64,000 nt of DNA from Eledone cirrhosa (Eukaryota), in assembly GCA_964016885.1 (NCBI GenBank), contig OZ024743.1, forward strand, positions 168,888,001 through 168,952,000, in the 5' to 3' direction. The stretch's first letter is position 1; each line of letters opens with the position of its first letter. Of the stretch, positions 15,673 to 29,100 are shown one piece after another. Below the pieces are notes generated by a model. It was given only the letters and a program-made list of their open reading frames with translations, had not been told where the DNA came from and made no database searches. A program made the translations under genes and the position numbers.

Positions 15673-15825
15673 TATATATTCCTTCCATATACTGTACCTA
15701 TTGTGTTGTTATTTCTGTTTACCTTTTACATATATATATATGTATATGTGTGTGTGTGGGGGGGGGTGTAAAAGGTAAACAGAAATAACAACACAATAAG
15801 TACAGTATATGGAAAGAATATATAA
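15673..15825. repeat. Inverted repeat, arms of about 57 bp around a TA/TG/G spacer
   Basis: TTGTGTTGTTATTTCTGTTTACCTTTTACA / TGTAAAAGGTAAACAGAAATAACAACACAA. Confidence 0.88.
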
Positions 15826-16079
15826 GGTTAACGCTTGAAATAGGAGGAAGCTCTCAAAGCTTGAACATCACTAAGAATATCGTATACCTGTGTGATGTGG
15901 TGACGACTACAAATAAGTACACGTATATCAGAACCACCTCAACAAATTGAAGCACCATTCAATAATAGAAATAAACGCTCCAACACATTACTGGCCGACC
16001 CGATTAGGGGCTCAAAGATAAAAGCACAATGTAGCAGATCACGTGGTTTATACGTAGACGGAGGTTGAGGTCACAAGTA

Positions 16080-17500
16080 ACTGTTTTTTTGTACCACGGG
16101 ACTTCTTTCGGCATCCTTTCTGATTTCCAGTTGGTTAGTTTTTTGGGCCTGCTTTTTAAGAGTTTCAGCTATGATACTCAAATCAGGTTGTTGGTGTGCT
16201 TGTTCACTAATCTCCTTTTATCTGTCTCAATCCACACTGCCTGACTATTATATTCAACATCCTGCTCCCATATTCCTCTCCAAATTGCCTTAGTCTGTTC
16301 AGCTTCAGGGATCGCGTCGTTACCTCTTTCTTTCCCTTCAAGCTGTTCAAATAATATCTTCTGGTTGTTGTCAAACATGCAGTTCTGTCTTTACTGACTA
16401 ACTCTGTTTTCACATTTTGCTAAACGCGTTGCTTAAGTTCCCCTATGATATCATTTAGCTCTTAGTGTTGTATTTTATTTTCAATCTATCCTTAGTGTCT
16501 ATGTTTTGTAATGTCCCGACTTAAGCTTTCCAATGTCATTTTTCATTTCCTTGATTTGACCTTTGAGTCGCCTCTTCCCCCAAGGCTCTGTCCTTTCTTC
16601 GCGCATCATTACTGCTTTACCGAGCCTTGGATATGAGCAGTGTAGTTTTTGCTTTTGTTGTTTCTATTGTTTTAATAGTAGTTTTCATAATACGTATGCA
16701 GTCCCTAGTAGTGCTATCCTTTGTATGCTGTATATATCTGTATGTCCTAGGGTTTTGGTTATGTATTTGTGCGTGCCTTTTTTTCATTTCCAGAGCACCT
16801 ATTATAATAGGTATTGTTCTGTTTTCATTTTCCACATTCCAGTTATTTTTAACTCTAGATCTTTATATTTGGAGAGTTTCTCTATTTCCTTGGAAGATAT
16901 ATTGTCGTCTGTGGGGATAGATATATCTATGAGAAGGGTTGTTTTTTCTTTATGGTCTTTGAATATAATGTCTGGTCGGTTGGCTTTGATCTGTATGTAT
17001 TGGTATATGCCAGAAAATGGTTGCTTTGTCATTCTTCGACACTTTTTGGGGTGTGTGTTTGTACCATCTTTTCTCTGTTGGTATTTCAAAATCCTCGAAT
17101 AACTTCCGGTGTATGAAGGTCCCGACTCTATCATACCTGTGGATATATTCTTTTTTGGCTAGAGCTGAGCATCCAGAGACTACGTGGTTGATTGTTTCTT
17201 CCCTATCTCCACATATTCTACAGTTACTTATTGGGCTTTGTTTCATTATGAACTTCTGGTAGTTTCTGGTAGTAGACTCTGGTCCTGCACTGCAATAGAA
17301 ATCCTTCCGTCTCAGCTTTTAGTACGGTGCTTCGGAGGCAGTTTTGTGTTTTCTTTGTTAGCTTTTTGTGGTATTGGCCATATAAGAATTTCTCTTTCCA
17401 TCGTTTTAACACGGTATTCTGGATGTAAGATTTAAATTTAAATTTTGTCTTTCACAATTTCTGTTGTTTTTACTTTGTTTTCATTTTCCTCACAATTAGT
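16080..17500 (-). mobile_element. R4/Dong-like LINE fragments in head-to-tail arrangement
   Basis: 17500-16680 carries CRICG..ETINHVVSGC, NRPDII and LIDISIP. It is followed on the same strand by an N-terminal ORF piece (FDNNQK..W..IWE). Confidence 0.8.
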
Positions 17501-17698
17501 CCATTTCCTGATTTGAATTTTTTGGTTTCCTTATTAGTTTCATCGCCACTGCCAACACTATATTTTATTGATGTTATTTTGTCTTGTTCTGTTTCATTTT
17601 ACTATAAAGTCTTTAAGTTTGCCATTACTGTGTATTCGTTCCCCTTAATGATACTCTCCAGCTTCACTTCCACCTGTCTTTCTTATTGTGTCGCATTA

Positions 17699-17889
17699 TG
17701 GTGGATTGACAGTATCGGTAGAGGGTCGGACGCGATGCTTGGCATTATAGAGTTATGCCTCTTTACGGTCTGAGTTCAAATCCCACCGAGGTTAACTTTG
17801 CCTTTCATCTTTACGAGGTCGATAAAATAAAGTTCCAGTAATGCTCTGGGATAATTGGTGGCTTTGTGCCAAAAATAGAAACAATTATT
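17699..17889 (+). mobile_element. tRNA-derived SINE, same family
   Basis: Box B GAGTTCAAATCC, core and tail present. Confidence 0.82.
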
Positions 17890-17953
17890 TCCTTCCTTAT
17901 CTCTCGCCCCCCATTCATTCTCATACCATATCTCCTCTTTGACATCGGGATCC

Positions 17954-18000
<47 letters not shown>

Positions 18001-18056
18001 GTGTGTGTGTGTGTGTGTGTGCGTGCGCGTGCGTGTGTGTGTGTGTGTGTGCGTGC

Positions 18057-18111
<55 letters not shown>

Positions 18112-18959
18112 TGTGTGTGCGTGTTTCTTTATAATCTTCACTTATGTAATTTATATATTAACAATGCGTTACCGATTTTGTAACCACAAACTTTTTCGAT
18201 AACTTACACCATATAACCATCAAACCATTGAAGCAAAAAGAGATGTGTATGTTATAGTGCTGTGACAAAACAGTAATATTTATCCATTTTTGTTTTAACT
18301 ATATACATTTTTTTGCACACAGAACACCACTTTGATTTTTCATGATATATATGATTAGCTATGAACTACAATTACTTGATATCTTCAAAATGTGTCTAGA
18401 TTTACGTCTTCCTCAAAATGTATTTATTTAATCTACATCTACAAACTATTACTATGTAATGAACACCGACAAAGTTTGTCTAATAAGCATGCATGATCCC
18501 GTAACTCCGGAGGCAGTCATAGTGGCGCCATATTGATATACAGCGTTTCTAGGGCATTTTAAAACCTGGCGGAACCCATCTCTTCTCCAGGTCTGAATAC
18601 AGACGATTTCTACCATAGAAGGATAGAGGGTGAGAGAGTGGAACTGAGACAAAGATATAGAGGAAGTGTCGACCCAGTACTAAACTGGTACATTTTTATC
18701 GACGTCGAATGAAAGAAAGCAACCAAACTCCCCTCAAGTCACACTTTACTATCATGAAAACAGAAGGAAATATTAGATAATGTAATCCTAGGTACAGCAT
18801 GCCAGAAAAATAAAAGATGAAATGGTCACCATTGGAAGCCGTTTCTTTATTAATCAGTGCTACTTAATCAGGACTGTCTCACTTCAGCTCCTAAAATGAC
18901 AACATTAATGCTATTCAAGTATTATGTTTCATCATCTACTCTGTCTATATCATTGAAAT

Positions 18960-19262
18960 CTTGTTCAATCCCACAACGTGACATCTTGAGCAAATGTTAT
19001 TTACCTTAGTCTCAAGTCGTCACAAGCCTCTGAGTGAAACTGAGTAAACGGAAACTGTTTGGTAGCCCGTCGGATGAACTGTAGTTATAATTCCAAGAGA
19101 CATCTTTGCTATAAACTGTCATACTGAATCACACTGAGATTTATGTTAACAGTTAACGTGCCCGTGGAGTACTCAACCACTTACACGTTAAATTCGTGAG
19201 AAGACTGTTCAACTGTTTGAACAGTTGGAACATTCGTCGTCGAAAACGACAGAGATGCAGCA
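18960..19262 (+). mobile_element. Old, decayed tRNA/CORE-like SINE
   Basis: GTTCAATCCC box B remnant followed by CTTGAGCAAATG CORE-like start; recognised by resemblance only. Confidence 0.4.
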
Positions 19263-19333
19263 GCAACATCATTTCAATCTGCATTCAATATACATGTGGG
19301 TGTGTGATTCTGAATTCCCTTTTGCAATAACGT

Positions 19334-19368
<35 letters not shown>

Positions 19369-19449
19369 ATAATAATAAATTTGAAGACTAAAATCCAAAG
19401 AGGGCTCGATAAGGATAAATATATATCAAATATATAAGAACCGTAGAGC

Positions 19450-20800
19450 AAATATTTATTAAAATACCAGATTAAAGTTTAAGCAAAGAATCGCTGCTTT
19501 CACCCTTAAAGGGATCTTCTGAAACTAAAAAAATCAATCTGAGAACGCAGAAGTAAATATTTCGAAAAATGTTGCAACTGAAGGAAGACAGGAAGACGAT
19601 ACTTTGGTTCGTGGAAACGTTCCATGGCAAAGAACGGAAAAAACGAAGATAATTCGTCATTATTTGGAGCGGTGAAAACAATTACACGCAAAAACAAAAC
19701 CACGTTTATGGTATAAATGAAGTCGTAGACTAATATTCTATTAGGTGGTTCGTGGAGTCGTTATCTGGCAATGAACGCAAATTGCACAAAACTTTCCTGT
19801 ATTACAGCCCCACATTATACCCTAACGGATAGTACGAACTATACGCGGATATTTTACGTCTTGATGTGGTAGCTAAGTATATATTACCTGTATGTTTTGT
19901 GAAGGTACGTATACTTTTTCGTACGTTTATTTGCTTCTATACGTTATAGGCGTATATATTATATTATATGTACTGGTACATGTGCATATGATTATGTGTA
20001 TACGCGAGTTTTGCGTCTGTTTGAGTATGCGGGTCGTACGTATGTAGGGTGTGTGTGTATGCGGGTTTGTACGTATGTAGGGTGTGTGTGTGTATGTGTA
20101 CTTTGTGTTTTGGTTGATGTACCTCTGCGAACATATGTGTATTTACATGTAGGTATGTGTGTGCGCGCGTTATATACGTATTTATGCGTGTATATTTATA
20201 TACGTTTATATAATTATATGTATACACGCACACACACACACTCACATATATATATTTTATATATATTTTTATGTGTATTTTGTGTATACGTTCGTATGTG
20301 TGCGGGTACGGGCGTTACGTGGGTTCTCTATGTGCGTGCGTGTTTTTTTGTGTACGTGCTTGTATTGTCATACCCATGGCGTGTGTTTTCGCGTATGCAT
20401 GTGTATGTACGTATATGGATGCGTGCATGTATTTCTTTAATTTCAATTACATCTGTAATTTATTTACATTATTCTTAGCTCTGAAGCCGAGAATCATTCG
20501 GTTTCCCATATAGAATTTTAGTCTACGACTTCATTTATACCATAAACGTGTGTTTTGTCTTTGCGTGTAATTGTTTTCAACGCTCCAAATAATGACGTAT
20601 TATCTTCGTTTTTTTCCGTTCTTTGCCAGGGAACGTTTCCACGAACCAATGTATCGTCTTCCTGTCTTCCTTCAGTTGCAACGTTTTTCGAAATATTTAT
20701 TCTACGTTAACAGATTGATTTTTTTAGTTTCAGAAAATCCCGTTAAGGGTGATAGCAGCGATTCTTTTCTTAAACTTTAATCTGTTATTTTAATAAATAA
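19450..20800. repeat. Inverted repeat with about 290-bp arms (19450-19740 and 20511-20800) around a TG/TA-rich spacer
   Basis: The arms are reverse-complementary; the ORF track shows mirror peptides at 19472 (-) and 20571 (+). Confidence 0.88.
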
Positions 20801-20902
<102 letters not shown>

Positions 20903-20908
20903 TATATA

Positions 20909-21697
<789 letters not shown>

Positions 21698-21703
21698 TAC
21701 AAT

Positions 21704-21744
<41 letters not shown>

Positions 21745-21946
21745 CAAACACAAGCTTATATTTAGCCCTCTGCTTGTAAGTTGTACCTACATACGCGTGC
21801 GTGTGTGAAACTATGGGCTGGATGAGTTCTTTCTTTTCATTCCTAAGCCTAACCAGTCGGTTTCAAGGGAAGGTCCATCATCACATACAAACCTATCCCG
21901 AGAACAATTAATGATGTTAATGCAGGTCTTCTGTTTGTGCCCTTAG

Positions 21947-22041
21947 AGAGAATGATACTTCAGGTTTTCGCTATATCATGGACACACCAACATCGACCAC
22001 TCAGCGGATCGAAGAAGATCGAATTACATATCTAAACAAAG
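21947..22041 (+). CDS. grh: grainyhead exon, start of CP2 domain (ENDTSGFRYIMDTPTSTTQRIEEDRITYLNK-G)
   Basis: cccttag acceptor, gtgag donor. Matches the Grh-family motif FxYxxxxPxSTxQRxExDRITYxNKG. Confidence 0.93.
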
Positions 22042-22151
22042 GTGAGAATCACTTTTTCTTTTTGTCGACTTACTACCAAACTAAATGAAATGGTAAACGA
22101 TATTTCTAGTTAAATATAAACAGCCTTAAAGCGTCTGTTACATGCGTATTC

Positions 22152-22236
<85 letters not shown>

Positions 22237-22414
22237 TGCGCGTGGGCGTGGGTGTGCGCATGTGTGTTTATTATTTTACTTGCTCCAGCCATCCGGCTGA
22301 GGCCATGCTACAGTGCCGTCCTTGTTGCTTCACTTTCTATCTCCAGCTTGCGTTGGCTGGCCATTAATGTACGAGGGAGTTCGTGGATGCTGCCCTTGGG
22401 TTACCTTCGTTCGG

Positions 22415-22898
22415 TGCTGTAGGTTCTTCCGGGATCGGAAGACATTCACATCCACACCCTGCAGATCTCTTAAATATTTCTTGGTAGCTTGTTGAAGAGT
22501 TGAACTACTTTGAACCCAAAGCTATTGCAATATCTGCTTCTTACTCTAGGTGTAAAAAACGGGACCTTTGGCAGCACACAGTGACATCCTGTCCGAGGGT
22601 TGGTCGACCTTTCAATGCCACAGTTTGGTGCTAATCCTTCCAAGATCTTCCATATGTATATCATTGCGTACCTCTCCCGCCTTAGTTCCAATGAGTAGAG
22701 TTTTAGTTCTTTTAGCCTCTCCCAGTAGCTCATCTCCTTTTTCATGGCAATCTTCTTGATGTAGCTTCGTTGATTCAAGTTCCGTGGTTATTTTGACATT
22801 ATGGTGTGACTACAGCTGGGAGCAAAAGTCCAGTCGGCTTAGGACAAACATCCTCCATACTACTAACATGTTTTCTCAGTCTCTTGCCTTGAAAGTCG
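22415..22898 (-). mobile_element. CR1-group LINE ORF2 C-terminal fragment
   Basis: SYWERLKELKLYSLELRRERY motif; homologous to 37880-38305. Confidence 0.75.
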
Positions 22899-23029
22899 TC
22901 AAGATCCAAACATACATATATATGAGTGAGAGGGATAGAGCTCTATAAAATATGAGTTCAAATATTCGTAAGTTAAAATGTATTCTTGTTTATACAGAAT
23001 ATAGTATATGCCAGACTTAATATAACAAC

Positions 23030-23245
23030 AGAAATAATAATACTGAAGGCCAGTAATTTGGAGGGAGGGGAAAGTCGATGAAAATCGACCCCAGTACGTT
23101 ACTGGTGTTTTTTCATCGATCCCGGAAGGATGAAAGGCAAAGCAAACCTCGGCCATATTTGAACTCAGAGCGTAAAGGGCCGTAATTTTATGCAACGAAG
23201 CAGGGTGTCCGACGATCTACCGATACTACCAATCTACCGCCCTTA
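23030..23245 (-). mobile_element. tRNA-derived SINE, older variant
   Basis: GGATGAAAGGC..ATTTGAACTCAG core on the + strand; head GGCGGTAGATTGG on the - strand. Confidence 0.7.
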
Positions 23246-24273
23246 AATAACCAGATAATAATAAACAATATTTTATTTATTTTATTTCTCACAAGATCAT
23301 CGAATTAATCTTATCTATAAAGTTACCATATCTTCTTCATTCTTGTCAATCCTTTGCATGCTGGTACTGATGCTGCATTTAATATTGTTGAATTAGATAA
23401 CGGATGGAGATGAGAATGATGATGGAATATCATTAATTAGGAATATCTGTAAATGTTGTATAACATGCTAATGGCGTTTAGTCTTATTAATCTTGCCTGT
23501 CACGCCCCGCATGAACCCTTTTGAATCAAGAGCATTCTTATTAGTTTAATTTTTTCTTTTCTTCATAAATTTTCTTTTAGCAAGCAATAGCTTCGTGAAT
23601 AACAACAGATACTTGGGTAAATCTATTTGTATTTGGGTTCTGATAATCCTTAGCTCCTCATTGCAGCATGGTAACATTACATAAACATATTCGCCTTCAA
23701 TTTCTGATTGCTATTGTTCCGAATTAATAGGCTTTTTTTTTTATTTTGCATTACTTTTCCAACATGAGTACAAAGGTTTAGGTAAAAAGTAATCTTCAAA
23801 AATGACTTTTATCAACCTTTTTTTATAGTTAGACTTCCACACAACAGGAAGTGAAGTATTGATAACTGTTTTGCGAGACCAAACGTTTTTCTGAATATAA
23901 GATTAACAAAGATTTAAGTAGCATTTCCAATTAGTTTTAAAGCACCACAATTGAATATTTCTTTTAAAAAAAACGTTGCAACAATGGTCATTTAGCTAGC
24001 TAGAAATAATAGCTAACCCTCTCTGAATTCACACCGGAATTGTCTTAAAAGAGGAAAGTATGCAAACAGCATGAAAAAGGTTAGAATGATCTCAACGGGA
24101 ATATATTTGAAAATATGTTTACTGGATTGGAGCTGACCAGAGTTAAACGATAACGTCCAAATGACAATGAATAAATGAGTGAATGAAAAACTTTATAAAT
24201 TAAAGAATCTTCAAATTTTAATTTTTGTTAAGACTTGGTGTCATTTAATATGTTCATCTATTCAATTATACAG

Positions 24274-24341
24274 GTCAATACTACACATTACTAATGGAGA
24301 ACACAAAGAAAGAAAAATATATTAAGAATATCACAGTTACG
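24274..24341 (+). CDS. grh: grainyhead exon (GQYYTLLMENTKKEKYIKNITVT)
   Basis: atacag acceptor, gtaagg donor, phase-compatible. Continues the NKGQ(F/Y)Y motif. Confidence 0.9.
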
Positions 24342-24927
24342 GTAAGGATGTATTTTTCTTACTGCTTCCCACTTGATCTTTATCTTTTTTAATACTTATC
24401 TTGCCTCCAACTGGCCATCCCTATTTAAATTATTTTATTTTATTATTGAATTTTATTTGATTTTTATATTCACTTATCTCTATATAACTTGTCTTTTTGT
24501 TTCTCAACTGTAAGAAGTACTAGATACTTCTCCTAGTCTGATATGGCTTTTAAGCTCTATACGGTTTTTAAATTGATTAAGTAAATAAGTAATAAATATT
24601 TCGATATAATTGATATGGAGCCAGTGATTATAATGGAACTTAACTGGAAACATAAAATATATTTCAAGGCCGAAGCCAACGGGAATACACCTTTTCTCTA
24701 ATTTTCATCTAAATCTTTGATAAACAATGACAACCACTCTATAAAATTATAAAAAATACTATGAGTATGCATATATCTGTGTAGCTAATATTTTTATTCA
24801 TAAAGCATAAATACTAGAAACTAGAATTTCAAATTCTTTTTTCATATTTAACAACTTCACTCTCATAAATCTGTATGTTCGTCACAAGCTTGAAATCTCT
24901 CCCAAACACACACACACATCCTCTCAC

Positions 24928-24994
<67 letters not shown>

Positions 24995-25192
24995 CTCATT
25001 TTCTCTCTATCTATCCATCTTTCTCTCTTTCTTTCTATATCTCTGTCGCTCTTACTAATTGTTTAGGTCTTGCTAGTATATGCTAGCATTAAGTATATAT
25101 GTTTTTCAAATAAAAACTCTTGATAAAACTATAATCAGATTCATATTTTGAAATTGGGTATTTATTTTACCAGCATTATCTACTTTTTAAAA

Positions 25193-25382
25193 GGGCGGTG
25201 GATTCGCAGTATCGGTAGAGGGTCGGACGCCATGCTTTCCAGCATAGTCACGTCCCTTTACGATCTGAGTTCAAATCCCGCCGAGGTTGACTTTGCCTTT
25301 CATCCTTACGGGGTCGATAAAATAAAGTACCAGTAATGCACTGGGTAATTTCTGGCGTTGTGCCTAAAGTAGAAACAATTAT
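25193..25382 (+). mobile_element. tRNA-derived SINE, same family, full length
   Basis: GGCGGTGGATT head, box B, core and tail. Confidence 0.85.
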
Positions 25383-25779
25383 CTACTTTTAAAAAATGTT
25401 CTGAAAAGACATATATGGTTTAAAAAGAAGTATTTCTTTGACGAACATATTAACATCTTTATCACGTTTATTTATGGGGTTTTAAATGGGCATTATCAAA
25501 CCTGGCGGAGCCTATCCTTCTCAGGGGCTTGAATACAGCATATTTCTTTCAGAGAAGTTCAAAGGAAGTGAGAGAGAGAGGAATTGAAAAAGATATATAG
25601 AGGAAGAATCGACTACAGTACTAGATTGGTACTTTATTATCGATCTCGAAAGGATGAAAGGGAAAGCTGACCCTCGCCGGGATTTTAAATCAGAAAGTTG
25701 CGAGCCGAAAGGAATACAGGAAAGCATTCTAATATCTCTTCCAACTCGCCTGCTAATTAACAATATGTTTATTTAAAAC

Positions 25780-26075
25780 AATACGGCTTTTATTTATTTA
25801 TCTGGTCCCGCTCTCTTTAACATCATACCGAAATACATCAAGACAGGAACAGATCCCTTAATATTTAAAGGTTTCCTGGACAAATCCCTCCAAGAAATCC
25901 CGGATAAACTTCCTACACTCGGATACGTATTTGAAAACAACTCTTTTGGGCCACGTTGTCCAAAACATGATTAATGTGATGGACCCATTATCTGAATATG
26001 TTCGCCAGGTGGTGATATTAAGTTAGACATGGGCTGAGCCAACAATGGCCGAAGCCTATCAAAGTTATCAAAGTT
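25780..26075 (+). mobile_element. CR1-group LINE 3' end fragment
   Basis: GPALFNIIP..FKGFLDKSLQEIPD translation and a short (TATCAAAGT) tandem tail. Confidence 0.55.
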
Positions 26076-26150
26076 ATATTCAATTTGAACGCATTTAGAT
26101 TCTTAGCAAACTAATTCAAAAGTAATTCTGAATATTGCACATATAATTAA

Positions 26151-29100
26151 TCTATATATTAATTTCAACAATGTCAGTATTCCGTGTGTCATAATTCTCG
26201 ATTATCATTGGTTCATAGGTTTCAAACGACCCCGCCCACCACAACGACGTCAAACTTAAATTAATATGCATAATGCCAATGAGGGAGTGGATACACTATG
26301 TATATGCGGCAGTGTAGAGACAGTGTGTGATGTGTGAGGAAATAAGAGGGGAAGGAAAGCAATAACTATAAACATGTGTGCGTGTGTATGTACGTGCACG
26401 TATGTTTACGTGTGTGCAGCGTTCCACAGAAAGTAAAAACTATCAACATGTGTGAGTGTGTGCGTGTGTGTAAATGCACGGGTGCGTGTGTAAGTTTGCG
26501 TTCGTGTACGCGTTTCCATGCGTGTATGTGTGTGTACGTGCGGCGTTCCACACAATCGCCACGCAGTTTATCTGTCTGTGTGCCTGTCTGTAAGTCTAAC
26601 ATACACAGAGTTGTGAAGGGAGTAAATAGGGGCCTTTCTTTACATTGACGGACATCTTTTATATTTATTATTGTGTCATTTTTTGACAATTGCTCGAAAT
26701 GAATACTGATAATAAAAGCAATTCGACTTTATCAAACAGTGAACTACAGCGGCGACGGCGTGCAGCCAGGAATGAAGAAAAACGGGCCGAACAGCGCCAT
26801 CGGAACGCTGTACTTCAGAGGCGAAGACGTGCCGCCATGAATGAAGAGGAGCTGACTGAACAACGTCAACAAAACACTGGAGCCAAGCAACGACGGCGTG
26901 CTGCAATGGTTGAGGCCGAACTGGCTGAGCATCATCAGCAGATGGCCGGAATTCAGCAGCAACGGCGTGCTGCAATGGATGAAGAGGAGCTTGCCGAACA
27001 GCGCCAGCGCAATACAGAAGTCCAGAGAATGTGTCACCAAAGTGCTCCTCATTCCAGTAAAGAGGCGAGAAGGCGAACGGATGATATTAAAAATGTATCA
27101 TGGCAACCGTGTCATTTTCAGATTGGTGGACGAGCAGATTGTCCACATTGTGGAGTATTTGCTTTGGAGACACGAAAAGAAGTGGACCACAATGTGCTGC
27201 CATAAAGGAGCAGTTCAACTAGAACCCTTGCGAATGCCGGATGATGAGGAGTCACCGGAGTTTAAAATACTAAGTATGTGTGGTGATCAAGGAGACCGAC
27301 GTAGATTACTGCGCAAATATTCGCGGCAAATTAACAATTCATTAGCTTTAGCATCGCAGAGAGTTAGTGAGATGTTTGAGAGTGGAGCATGGCAACCGAA
27401 TGTAGTCATTCAAGGCCGTTTGTATCATTGTATCGGTAATTTAGAAGTTACGCTAGGAGAGAGGCCTCGATTCGCTCAAATTTACGTTAACGATCCAGAT
27501 TATAGTGAATCGGAGGAGGATATCAGGATCGGATGGATGAAGTTGGCGGCATATATAACTGAACTTGAACGGCAAAGGTTAAGTGATTTGATCCGTGATT
27601 TGCAATCATGGCTTAGACAGTGTAATCCTTATGTTATGGATTTCATGTTGGTGGCTGAACTGCAAAATGTTCAGCGGCAAACATTGGTGATTAAAGCTGT
27701 CGCAGTACCAAGGAATCAACACGAACGGCGATATAATGCCCCTGAAGGATTTCGTGAAGTTGCTGTGTTGATGGACGATAAGCCTGGATCGAGAGATATC
27801 GTCCTCAATCGCAGAGATGGTGGTCTCAAGACTATCAATGAGTCAAATAGGGCATACGATCCATTGCATTATGTTCTTTTATTCCCAAAATGTGAAAATG
27901 GATGGAACATGTCTGTTAATTTAGATGATATATGAGAATCAGCATCATGGGGAAGGCGGCAATAGAGACAATAATTCGATTCGCGACTTTTACGCGTTCC
28001 ATTTGAACGAGAGGAATCAACAGAGAAATTAGCTATTTCAAGCCAGCAGATTGTTCCAGGAATACTGTTGTATGGCATTCGCAAAGATCTAAAATCAAAG
28101 GCTAAATTATATAGCTACACATCAGCAACATATCAGAGCTGAATTGTATAATAATATATAGGATGCGATAACAGCCGATGATGCCAATTACCAGCAAATT
28201 GGTCGACGCATCATTTTGCCATCGTCGTTCATCGGCGGCCCGAGATATATGAACATTCGCTATCAGGATGCAATGGCTACTGTCAGAAAGTTTGGAAAGC
28301 CAGATTTGTTTATAACGGTTACATGCAATCCAGAATGGACTGATATTAAGGATGCACTTTTGCCAGGACAACAGCCAAAGGACCGTCCTGATATTGTGAC
28401 ATGAGTATTCAAAGGATATTTGAAAAAGATAATGGATAATGTGGAAAAAGAGGGAATCTTTGGAGCTATAGTTGCTTTTACATACGTAATTGAATTCCAA
28501 AAAAGAGGATTGCCACATGCACATTTGCTGATCATTTTACATAGAAATTGCAAATTGAGATGTTCTGAGGATGTCGGCAGCTTTGTGTGTGCTGAACTGC
28601 CGTAGAATGAGGCACTACGCAACTTGGTGGCAAAGTCAATGGTGCACAACCAATGCGGAGTGGCAAATCGGAAAGCGCCTTGCATGAAAAATGGCCAATG
28701 CAGTAAGCACTTTCCGAAATCTTTTGTCACGAACACTTCCTGGAACGATGGGGATTCTCATCCCTCATACAGAAGACGGTCGCCTTCAGATGGCGGTTTG
28801 GTCGAAAATGTAAACGGTCGACAGGTTACAAATCAATGGGTTGTGCCATACAATCCATATTTGATTATGAAATATCGTTGTCATATTAATGTGAAAATTT
28901 GTAGCTCAGTGAAAGCTTGCAAATATCTATTCAAATATGTTTACAAAGGTCATGATCGGGCAATGATCAATGTCAGGAATGAGGAGGCGAACCAAGGAGA
29001 TGAAGTTGGCAGGTTCCAGGATGTTCGCTCGATTGGATCTAGCGAAGCTTGCTGGAGATTGTTCGATTTTGATCTCAATGAACGCAAACCCAGCGTTCAG

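Noticed and set aside
19570-19635. Possible hammerhead in the 19.4-20.8 kb arms
   Set aside because: CTGAAGG and GAAAC are present, but the stems cannot be closed convincingly.
25193-25290. tRNA genes at SINE heads
   Set aside because: Box A/B are present but there is no complete cloverleaf, and each continues into a SINE core.
26690-27205. ORF with 25-aa Arg/Glu-rich repeats as a separate gene
   Set aside because: It lies inside the Helitron and is best read as the frameshifted N-terminus of RepHel.
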